Below are positions 55,123-64,000 of a stretch of DNA of 64,000 nt, piece after piece. The first letter of the stretch is position 1, and each line of letters starts with the position of its first letter. Below the pieces are notes generated by a model. It saw only the letters and a program-made list of their open reading frames with translations, ran no database searches and was not told where the DNA came from. A program made the position numbers and the translations under genes. Source of the stretch: Rhodothermales bacterium (GTDB lineage Bacteria; Bacteroidota; Rhodothermia; Rhodothermales; UBA10348); the NCBI GenBank assembly GCA_028284865.1, contig JANQQV010000017.1, positions 261,545 through 325,544 on the forward strand, read 5' to 3'.

Positions 55123-57027
55123 ATGACCCTTGACACGAATCCAACAGTTTCCCTGGAAGCCCAATATGGTCGTGAAGGCCTATTGCGGTTCATTACTTGC
55201 GGCAGTGTTGACGACGGAAAATCAACGCTGATCGGTCGGCTCCTCTGGGACTCTAAATTGGTTTACGACGACCAGAAAGCGGCTCTTGAGGCGGACTCGA
55301 AGCGGGTTGGCACCCAGTCAGGCGACATCGATTATGCGTTGCTGCTGGACGGTCTTGAAGCCGAGCGCGAACAGGGGATCACCATCGACGTCGCATACCG
55401 TTACTTCGCAACGGTCAAGCGGAAGTTCATTGTTGCTGATACCCCCGGGCACGAGCAATACACCCGCAACATGATTACGGGGGCATCGACTGCCCAGGCT
55501 GCCATCATCCTGGTGGATGCAGAGTCGGTGCAGCGCAATGGCGGACTGCTCACACAGACCAAGCGGCACAGTTATCTCGTGTCATTGGTGGGTATCCAAC
55601 ACGTCGTGCTGGCCATCAACAAGATGGATCTCGTCGACTATGATCAGGAGGTCTTCGACCAGATAGCCGAAGAGTATCGCCAGTTCGCCCAGGGATTGGG
55701 TTTCCCGGATATCCAGGCCATCCCGGTTTCGGCTCTTCGCGGGGACAATGTGATGGTTCGCGGAGACCACACGCCATGGTATACCGGACAGACACTCATC
55801 GAGTACCTGGAGTCCGTCAATGTTGAGGATGGGCGATCGGGACTTCCGTTGCGTCTTCCCGTCCAGATAGTTCTTCGTCCTGACCGCCAGTTCCGGGGAT
55901 TCTGTGGAACGATCGCCAGCGGTGTATTGCGACCGGGGATGGAGGTGATGGTAGCTGCATCGGGAGAAACTGCCCGCGTCGAGCGGCTCGCCGCGATGGG
56001 AGGTGACCTTGACGTGGGGATTGCCGGCGATTCAGTTGCTCTGACGTTGGACCGCGAGATTGATGTGAGTCGTGGCGACGTATTGGTGGACCCGGACGAC
56101 GGTCCTTTGGTTGCCGATCAGTTCAAGGCTCATTTGGTCTGGCTACACGCCAAGCCGCTACTGCCGGGAAGGGGGTATCTGATCAAGGTCGGCACGTCAA
56201 CGGCTCCAGCGTATGTATCGGACCTGAAGGAAAAGATCGACGTGAACTCGCTCAGTCATGAGCCAGCGAAGACTTTGGAAATGAACGAGGTCGGTGTAGT
56301 GAACGTGGCCCTGGGTCGTGATATCGCGTTCGATCCATTCGAGCGCAACGCGGCCATGGGGAATTTCATCCTGATCGATCGCGAAACGAATGCAACGGTG
56401 GGTGCAGGAATGATCATGCACGCATTGCGACGTTCGTCCAATGTTCAATGGCAATCAGTTTCCGTAGACAAGTCGGCTCGTGAGGATCTTCTGATGCAAC
56501 GCCCCCGCTGTGTGTGGTTTACGGGGCTTTCCGGGTCGGGAAAATCAACCATTGCCAACATTGTCGAGCGCAAATTGCACGCGATGGGCAAAAAGACCTA
56601 TTTGCTTGACGGAGATAACATCCGACACGGTCTGAATCGGGATCTTGGATTCACAGACGCAGACAGGGTTGAGAATATCCGGCGTATCGGAGAAGTGGCC
56701 GCATTGATGGTGGATGCTGGTCTGATCGTATTGTGCTCGTTCATTTCTCCGTTCCGAGCCGAACGGGCCCAGGTGCGACAACTTCTTGAAAATGGTGAGT
56801 TCGCTGAAGTATTTGTCGACACGCCTCTCGCCATTTGCGAGGAAAGGGATGTGAAGGGATTGTACCAACGCGCCCGGAACGGGGAGTTACCGAATTTTAC
56901 CGGTATCGATTCGCCCTATGAGTCACCAGAATCACCCGAGATCCACCTGAAGACACAGGAAAGCTCCGCGGAAGAAGCGGCGGATAAGGTGATCGAATTC
57001 CTCCTTGGCGGGGCCAGCATGCGTTGA
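55123..57027 (+). CDS. cysN: bifunctional sulfate adenylyltransferase subunit 1 / adenylyl-sulfate kinase (CysN-CysC fusion, 634 aa)
   Basis: GTPase motifs are [23 protein letters not shown] and NKMD. The C-terminal APS kinase P-loop is [14 protein letters not shown]. The start codon directly abuts the cysD stop. Confidence 0.93.
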   Translation: MTLDTNPTVSLEAQYGREGLLRFITCGSVDDGKSTLIGRLLWDSKLVYDDQKAALEADSKRVGTQSGDIDYALLLDGLEAEREQGITIDVAYRYFATVKRKFIVADTPGHEQYTRNMITGASTAQAAIILVDAESVQRNGGLLTQTKRHSYLVSLVGIQHVVLAINKMDLVDYDQEVFDQIAEEYRQFAQGLGFPDIQAIPVSALRGDNVMVRGDHTPWYTGQTLIEYLESVNVEDGRSGLPLRLPVQIVLRPDRQFRGFCGTIASGVLRPGMEVMVAASGETARVERLAAMGGDLDVGIAGDSVALTLDREIDVSRGDVLVDPDDGPLVADQFKAHLVWLHAKPLLPGRGYLIKVGTSTAPAYVSDLKEKIDVNSLSHEPAKTLEMNEVGVVNVALGRDIAFDPFERNAAMGNFILIDRETNATVGAGMIMHALRRSSNVQWQSVSVDKSAREDLLMQRPRCVWFTGLSGSGKSTIANIVERKLHAMGKKTYLLDGDNIRHGLNRDLGFTDADRVENIRRIGEVAALMVDAGLIVLCSFISPFRAERAQVRQLLENGEFAEVFVDTPLAICEERDVKGLYQRARNGELPNFTGIDSPYESPESPEIHLKTQESSAEEAADKVIEFLLGGASMR

Positions 57028-57125
57028 TCGATCAGGCCAATATGAATACTGGATGCGATCTGGTTCGAACCGGTTCGGTTCCGAGGGACGCACAAACTTT
57101 GCACTAGCAAGAATCAGCTAACAAC

Positions 57126-58448
57126 ATGGAAATGGGAAATTCCCGCTTGGACAATCTGGTAGCCAGAATCGATGCCAGGGACGTGACTATCGGCATTGTT
57201 GGGATGGGATATGTCGGACAGCCTCTCGCGCTGCGCTTCTCCGAGGTCGGCTTTCGGGTTCTGGGATTCGATATTGATCCGGTCAAAGTGAACCTGCTCA
57301 ACAGCGGCCGCTCGGAAATCGAACACATCAAGGATGAGGAAATTGAGAAGGCCGTTCAGAATGGATTTGAAGCGACTTCTGACATGGCCCGAGCGTCAGA
57401 AGCCGATACACTCATTATTTGCGTTCCGACTCCTCTCAACAAATACAGGGAGCCGGATCTCAGTTATGTGATCAGTTCGCTTGAAGCTCTTCTGCCATTC
57501 ATGCGGGCCGGACAGATTGTTTCGCTGGAAAGCACCACTTATCCCGGTACCACTGAAGAGGAAATCGTCACTCGGGTCGAGGCCAATGGGTTCGTTGTGG
57601 GTGAAGATATTTTCGTGGTCTACTCACCGGAACGCGAGGATCCGGGAAACAAGGATTTCACTACCCGGACCATTCCGAAAGTGGTAGGTGGACACACCGA
57701 AGCCTGCCTTGAAGTAGGAAACGCGCTGTATGGATCCGTGATTGATTCGGTGACGCCGGTCAGTTCTACCAAGGCGGCTGAAATGACAAAGCTTCTTGAA
57801 AACATCCACCGGGCGGTCAATATCGGTTTGATCAACGAAATGAAGATCGTCGCGGACCGGATGGGGATCGACATTTTCGAGGTCGTGGACGCCGCAGCAA
57901 CCAAGCCCTTTGGTTTCACACCATATTATCCAGGCCCCGGACTGGGAGGTCATTGTATTCCGATCGACCCCTTCTACCTGACCTGGAAAGCTCGCGAATA
58001 CGGTCTGCACACACGATTCATCGAGTTGTCCGGCGAGATCAACAGGGCCATGCCTGAATACGTGATTGGCAAGCTGGTCAAAGCGCTGAATGAGCGCCGG
58101 AAGGCGCTGAAAGGAAGCCGAGTACTGGTTCTCGGAATCGCGTACAAGAAAAATGTCGACGACATGCGGGAGAGTCCGTCGGTTGAAATCATGGAATTGC
58201 TTCGGGATGCTGGTGCCGAGGTGTCTTATTCAGATCCGCACGTTCCTGTATTCCCCCGGATGAGAGAGCATCAATTTGAATTGTCCAGTGTTGCGCTCAC
58301 CCAGGATGCGCTTGCGGGATTTGATGCGGTCATCATGGCTACGGATCATGAGCGATTCGATCTTGATCTTATCCTCTCCCATTCCCAATTGATCATTGAC
58401 AGTCGCGGTGTTTACCGGGAGCCGTCAGAAAACGTCGTAAAAGCCTGA
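57126..58448 (+). CDS. UDP-N-acetyl-D-hexosamine 6-dehydrogenase (WbpA/TviB-like nucleotide-sugar dehydrogenase, 440 aa)
   Basis: It has [30 protein letters not shown] and the catalytic Cys context [12 protein letters not shown] WbpB-like gene follows. Confidence 0.8.
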   Translation: MEMGNSRLDNLVARIDARDVTIGIVGMGYVGQPLALRFSEVGFRVLGFDIDPVKVNLLNSGRSEIEHIKDEEIEKAVQNGFEATSDMARASEADTLIICVPTPLNKYREPDLSYVISSLEALLPFMRAGQIVSLESTTYPGTTEEEIVTRVEANGFVVGEDIFVVYSPEREDPGNKDFTTRTIPKVVGGHTEACLEVGNALYGSVIDSVTPVSSTKAAEMTKLLENIHRAVNIGLINEMKIVADRMGIDIFEVVDAAATKPFGFTPYYPGPGLGGHCIPIDPFYLTWKAREYGLHTRFIELSGEINRAMPEYVIGKLVKALNERRKALKGSRVLVLGIAYKKNVDDMRESPSVEIMELLRDAGAEVSYSDPHVPVFPRMREHQFELSSVALTQDALAGFDAVIMATDHERFDLDLILSHSQLIIDSRGVYREPSENVVKA

Positions 58449-59396
<948 letters not shown>

Positions 59397-59517
59397 TTGT
59401 TGAACTCCCACGGAATCCAGGATGTGATTCGGCATTCATTTTCGAGTTCGTGGAGCGCACGGCAGGATCGAGGCTGTCCCAACTCGATGGTTCTAGGCGC
59501 AGGGAGGTGAGTGCACC

Positions 59518-61407
59518 ATGTGTGGTATAACCGGAGGATGGTGGCCGTCAGGGTCCCAGCATGTTGCAGAAAGGCTTGAGCGTTCATTGGACGCCATGAA
59601 GCACCGGGGTCCGGACGATCGTGGGAAACTCCTGTACCAGCTGGATGGCGCAACGACGGCGTTGGGCCACATGCGGCTTTCCATTATTGATGTCTCATCC
59701 GCGGGGCATCAACCCATGAGTTCTACGGACGATCGATTGACAGTCGTCTTCAACGGGGAGATCTATAATTACCGCGAGCTGAAAAAGGAGCTCGAAGGCC
59801 TGGGGCATAAGTTTTCATCTGGTTCCGACACCGAGGTTCTGCTGGCCGCCTGGAAGCAATGGGGTACAGCCTGTTTGCCGCGGCTCACCGGCATGTTCGC
59901 CTTCGCCATGTTAGATCGACAAGAGAAGACCCTTACGTGTGTTCGGGATGCTTTCGGGATCAAGCCTTTCTTCTATTCGAACTCTGACGACGGATTCCAC
60001 TTCGGATCCGAGACTGGGGCGGTCCTGGAGCTTCAGGCCTCGAAACCAGCTGTCAATTGGCAACGCGCGTATGACTACCTGGTGCATGGGGATTATGACA
60101 GCAACTCCGAATCGTTTTTCGAAGGCATTCACCACCTCATGCCCGGTCACTTCCTGACTCTGGATCTGACCGATGGGAAGGTAACTCCACCCGAGTCCTG
60201 GTGGCGTCCCGACATCCGGGAGCGACGTGACCTGGGTTTTTCGGGAGCCGTCGAGAAGATCCGCCAACAGTTCCTTGATAATGTCCGGCTTCACCTCAGA
60301 AGTGATGTGCCGTTGGGCTCTGCGTTGTCGGGAGGAGTGGATTCGTCGTCCATTGTGTGTGCGATGCGGCATCTCGAGCCGGATCTTCCCATTCACACGT
60401 TCAGCTTCATCGCTGCCGGGAGTGATGTAAGCGAAGAGCACTGGGTGGATCAGATAAACGACCGTGTTAAAGCCATATCCCATAAAGTGGTGGTAACCCC
60501 ACAGGATCTGGCTAAGGACCTCGATGACATGATTCGAGTCCAGGGTGAGCCGTTCGGCAGTACCAGCATCTATGCTCAATACTGTGTGTATCGGCTGGCA
60601 AAGGAAAGCGGAATTACGGTCACCCTGGATGGGCAGGGAGCTGATGAAATGCTTGCAGGCTACAGTGGGTATCCCGGCCCGCGACTGCATAGCCTGATCC
60701 AGACCGGTCAATGGAAGCGTGCCTGGAGATTCCTCAACGATTGGTCGACATGGCCAGGACGCAGCAAGGCTGCCGGAGCAAAGGCGTGGGCGAGCCATGT
60801 CGCTGGAGATGAACTGCATCGCCTGTTCCGTTCCGTCAATGGCGGGTCCCTCAAGCCAGCGTGGCTGAAGGCCAACGAATTGAAGGAAACGGGAGTTGAA
60901 TTCCAGTTCTCGCGTCGGATTGCGGTGTCAGAACTGAAGGGGCGACAATTGATGGCAGAATTGGCAGCTTCCCTTACTGAAAGAGGCATTGTGTCCCTCC
61001 TGAGGAACGGTGATCGCAATTCCATGCGGTTTTCCATCGAGAGCCGTGTTCCCTTCCTGACGACAGACCTGGTTGAAACGCTGATGTCTGTCCCCGAGGA
61101 GTACCTGATTTCGGATCAAGGAGAGACCAAACATATTTTCAGGGCAGCCATGCGAGGCATCGTTCCTGACGCGGTATTGGATAGGAGGGATAAAATTGGA
61201 TTCGCCACTCCCGAGAAAGCGTGGCTGTTCGCTCTTTCTGATACGGTTCGAGGCTGGTTGGGCGAAGACATCGAGATTCCTTTCATCAACCGGCAGGAGA
61301 TGTTGTCCGAATTTGATCAGATCATTTCTGGGAAGCGTCCCTTCACCTGGCAGGTTTGGCGCTGGATCAATTTCTGCCGTTGGTATGGGCACTATGTTGT
61401 CCGTTGA
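59518..61407 (+). CDS. asparagine synthase (glutamine-hydrolysing)-family amidotransferase (629 aa)
   Basis: The N-terminal nucleophile is MCGI and the PP-loop is SGGVDSS. Its position inside a polysaccharide locus suggests a WbpS-like sugar-amidating role rather than Asn biosynthesis. Confidence 0.85.
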   Translation: MCGITGGWWPSGSQHVAERLERSLDAMKHRGPDDRGKLLYQLDGATTALGHMRLSIIDVSSAGHQPMSSTDDRLTVVFNGEIYNYRELKKELEGLGHKFSSGSDTEVLLAAWKQWGTACLPRLTGMFAFAMLDRQEKTLTCVRDAFGIKPFFYSNSDDGFHFGSETGAVLELQASKPAVNWQRAYDYLVHGDYDSNSESFFEGIHHLMPGHFLTLDLTDGKVTPPESWWRPDIRERRDLGFSGAVEKIRQQFLDNVRLHLRSDVPLGSALSGGVDSSSIVCAMRHLEPDLPIHTFSFIAAGSDVSEEHWVDQINDRVKAISHKVVVTPQDLAKDLDDMIRVQGEPFGSTSIYAQYCVYRLAKESGITVTLDGQGADEMLAGYSGYPGPRLHSLIQTGQWKRAWRFLNDWSTWPGRSKAAGAKAWASHVAGDELHRLFRSVNGGSLKPAWLKANELKETGVEFQFSRRIAVSELKGRQLMAELAASLTERGIVSLLRNGDRNSMRFSIESRVPFLTTDLVETLMSVPEEYLISDQGETKHIFRAAMRGIVPDAVLDRRDKIGFATPEKAWLFALSDTVRGWLGEDIEIPFINRQEMLSEFDQIISGKRPFTWQVWRWINFCRWYGHYVVR

Positions 61408-61511
61408 GGACCATGAGCGCATCCGGTCCGCCATTTCTTTCACGAATCAGACAGGTGATTCTGCAGGATCCGTGACGGCGCCATCCAAAATTTAATTCCT
61501 CTAGCAGGTTC

Positions 61512-62825
61512 ATGAGCACGATAATCCATCAGTGGATCGATCGGGTCAAAGATCTCTTTGCCAAAGGGTCCTTCGTCCGTCACGCCGGAATTCTGGCGGG
61601 CGGAACGGTGGTAGCGCAGGGCGTCACGATGGCTGCTCTACCTGTATTGACAAGGTTGTATTCTCCGGAGGATTTCAACCTTCTTGCGTCATTTGCAGGG
61701 GTTGTCAGCATCCTGACCGTTGTGTCGAGCCTGCGGTACAATATGGCGATTCCGCTTCCGCAAGCCGATGAGGAAGGGTTTTCGCTGACGGTGGTTGCTC
61801 TGGGTTGCACAGCGATCATCAGTAGTATGATCGCTCTCTTGTTCTTGATTGCGCCCGAAGCAATCGGATCTGCGATCAGGCAACCTGAATTGGTGTCCTT
61901 CCTTTGGCTGGTTCCGATCGGTGTGTTCGTCGCGTCAACGTACAATGCGCTCCAGTTCTGGGTCTCGCGCAAAAAACAATTCGGCCTGGTCGCCCGAACC
62001 CGCATGACCCGCTCCGTTGGGGGAGCCGGTACCCAGATCGGATACGGACTGTATGCTCCTTCACCGTTCGGCCTGGTTCTGGGGCAGATTGCTTCTGAGG
62101 GGCTCGGGATTGTTGGATTGGCGAGGAATATCCTGCGAGAAGACAGGCAACTGATCCGCTCTGTTTCACTCGGATCGTTGCGTGACCGCGCCCGCGATTA
62201 TCGGAGATTTCCGCTCTATTCCGGGCCAGAAGCCTTGTTTGATACGGCAGCTGCCCAGATTCCGATTATCCTGATTGCCGCAGCCGCCCTCGGTCCGGAA
62301 GCCGGTTTCCTGTTGGTTGCCATGCGCGTAATGGGCATTCCAACCCGACTCATCGGATCATCCGTAGCTCAGGTATTCGTAGTCGAAGCACCGGAGAAAC
62401 TCCGAAAGGGAGAGCTCCACTCGTTTACCCTGAAGACGTTGAATGCACTCCTGAAAGTGGGTTCCCTACCCATGTTGTTGGTGGGAGCCGTTGCTCCCTG
62501 GGTTTTTGGCTGGGTGTTCGGACCGGAGTGGACGCGTGCCGGTTGGCTGGTTGCGTGGTTGACGCCCATGTTCATCCTTCAGTTTGCCGCCTCGCCCATG
62601 TCCCTTGTTCTTCACGTCATCGGCCGGTTGAAACTAGCCATGTGGATGCAGGTATTCGGTCTGGTTTTTCGAGTAGGATCGATTGCCGCAGTGGCGGCAT
62701 ATTATGCAGGATATCTCTCCGAGGCGTTCGCCATAGCTGGGGCGATATACAATGCCGTTTTCATAATGGTCATCCTTCACGCGGTCAAACGATCCACGAT
62801 CTCACCAGAGCAGGCGCCCCTGTAA
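61512..62825 (+). CDS. oligosaccharide flippase (Wzx/MOP family, 437 aa)
   Basis: It is a polytopic membrane protein of about 12 TM lying between the sugar-modification genes and the Wzy-like gene. Confidence 0.75.
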   Translation: MSTIIHQWIDRVKDLFAKGSFVRHAGILAGGTVVAQGVTMAALPVLTRLYSPEDFNLLASFAGVVSILTVVSSLRYNMAIPLPQADEEGFSLTVVALGCTAIISSMIALLFLIAPEAIGSAIRQPELVSFLWLVPIGVFVASTYNALQFWVSRKKQFGLVARTRMTRSVGGAGTQIGYGLYAPSPFGLVLGQIASEGLGIVGLARNILREDRQLIRSVSLGSLRDRARDYRRFPLYSGPEALFDTAAAQIPIILIAAAALGPEAGFLLVAMRVMGIPTRLIGSSVAQVFVVEAPEKLRKGELHSFTLKTLNALLKVGSLPMLLVGAVAPWVFGWVFGPEWTRAGWLVAWLTPMFILQFAASPMSLVLHVIGRLKLAMWMQVFGLVFRVGSIAAVAAYYAGYLSEAFAIAGAIYNAVFIMVILHAVKRSTISPEQAPL

Positions 62826-62827
62826 GA

Positions 62828-64000
62828 TGCTGACCCCCGCTTTTGTCATCTGCTACGTTTCATTCCTTGCTTGGGGGAGTGTTTTCGTCTACAAGCGCCG
62901 ACAGCGGATCGGACGCTCGTTGATCGGGGCGTATGTGTTTTCGTTTGCCGTGGCCAACTACATCGGGATTGCCATTCTATATCTCGGGCTGGACTCCTAC
63001 AGGGTCGACGTTGGAATCAGCGATCCTGACCTGATATTCAGGATGTTGGTCTATTCAATCGTTGCGTTCCTGGTGGTGTTCGGGACCTTCTCATTGGTCA
63101 GTTCAAACTCGACCGAGAGGACAACTGCCAAGGTGGCAATAACGAAGTGGGAATCCCTGATCACAGCAGGGTTCATCATCATCTCCGCCCTGGTCATTTT
63201 CCAGTATCTCAGATCCGTCAACTCGATTGCCCTATTGCTGGCGCTCCAAGGCAGCATGAATGATGTGCTTCTGGCCAGAAGCGAAATGGGAAATGACTTC
63301 GGTGGGCTTCATTGGTTCAGGATTGCGCTGGTCCAATTGCCCGTGATCATCTTTCATGTGATTTACATGTCCCTTTCCCGGGATAGATGGGTCAACAGAG
63401 CATTTACTATCGTCTTGTTTGGCGCAATTCTCATCTTGTTGACCCTCTCAACGGAGAAGTTTGCCGTTGTGCAATTCCTTGCCGGGCTCCTGTTTGTGAG
63501 AAGCAAGTATGTCAAAAAGGCATCACTCGCCCAGTTGGTCAGATGGGGAATCGCCTCGGTGATTTTCGTGGTCTTCCTGTACGTGACGTTTACGACAGTT
63601 CAGGACTATGAAACAGCCATGGAAGTCGCGTTCTCCAGAGTCTTCACGGGAAGTATCGGCACCTCGCATTTCTATCTCGAGTATTTTCCCGAGATCGAGC
63701 CGTTCCTGTACGGTCGTAGTCTACCCAACCCGATGGGGATAATGCCTTGGGAGCCCTACAGTGTATCCATTGAGATCATGAACTGGAAGTTTCCCCACTT
63801 CTTCGAAAGGGGAATCATCGGGAGCTCGCCTTCTGTGTTCTGGGCTGAAGGGTATGCGAATTTCGGACATCTGGGAGTCGTCCTGTCCTCCTTGTATATC
63901 GGCGCGTTCATCGGTGTCTTCCAACGCGTATTCGATCGATACAATGGATACGTTTTCATTCGAGCTGTGGAAGGGTGGTTTTATTCGTATTTGTTGACCG
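62828..64000 (+). CDS. polytopic membrane protein, probable oligosaccharide repeat-unit polymerase (Wzy-like), 5' part; runs off the right edge
   Basis: Absent from the ORF track because there is no stop in the window. My own translation from the ATG at 62828 gives MLTPAFVICYVSFLAWGSVFVYKRRQRIG ... FSRVFTGSIGTSHFYLEYFPEIEPFLYGRSLPNPMGIMPW ... WFYSYLLT. That is 391 codons with no stop and many TM segments. It starts 2 nt after the Wzx stop. Confidence 0.5.

Noticed and set aside
54316-55164. A 282-aa minus-strand ORF antisense to cysD. The 302-aa minus-strand ORF at 59911-60819, antisense to the AsnB-like gene, is the same case.
   Set aside because: These are shadow ORFs opposite genes with unambiguous catalytic motifs.
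57040-57100. The palindrome GAACCGGTTC between cysNC and the WbpA-like gene, considered as a terminator or operator.
   Set aside because: It is a short 10-bp self-complementary sequence with no loop or U-tract and could be chance. There is no second copy in the window.

Overview
This is a 64-kb, gene-dense chromosomal segment with about 50 CDS and one tRNA. I saw no rRNA, CRISPR array, transposase or integrase. GC is high: my hand counts on typical 60-nt samples give about 63-65 percent.

The family content suggests a Bacteroidota/Rhodothermota-type Gram-negative. The relevant families are a T9SS C-terminal sorting domain, a CBM9-like/DUF5916 outer-membrane (OM) protein, a Reg_prop/Y_Y_Y sensor kinase, a POT peptide transporter and two Wzx/Wzy polysaccharide loci. 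This placement rests on remembered family distributions only. No database or HMM search was possible, and all product calls rest on motifs read from the ORF translations.

Layout:
- 1-5.9 kb (minus strand): MerC-like, DUF3299, MacB-type ABC pair, DUF5916 OM protein and a DUF2946-like small protein. Several carry His/Asp-rich inserts, so I read this as a candidate unconventional metal-acquisition system. It is my top candidate for an undescribed system.
- 6-13.4 kb: housekeeping genes, namely an HDAC-like protein, DoxX, a COG2403 P-loop protein, tRNA-Lys, aspS and a POT transporter.
- 13.4-23.6 kb (minus strand): tightly coupled polysaccharide operon Wza-Wzz-Wzy-GT-GT-Wzx, followed by a POTRA-less Omp85 protein.
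- 23.9-34.4 kb: ispE, PBP1A-lpxH-PBP1A, two tandem rhomboid proteases and ispG.
- 34.4-38.2 kb: a small repeat lipoprotein, then a sensor kinase whose sensor half is about 40-43 percent GC while its kinase core is about 65 percent GC.
- 38.2-48.3 kb: plsC-like, htrA, aroC, a T9SS protein with cohesin-like and dockerin-like segments, an LRR protein kinase and a multi-LTXXQ lipoprotein.
- 48.4-64 kb: second polysaccharide locus of somewhat lower GC. It holds ugd and gmd, divergent from Wzc, a mini-SLBB protein, DUF2061, cysD, cysNC, WbpA-like, WbpB-like and AsnB-like genes, Wzx and a Wzy-like gene. The embedded PAPS synthesis genes predict a sulfated, possibly amidated, acidic glycan.

Many long ORFs antisense to these genes are high-GC shadow ORFs and were rejected.
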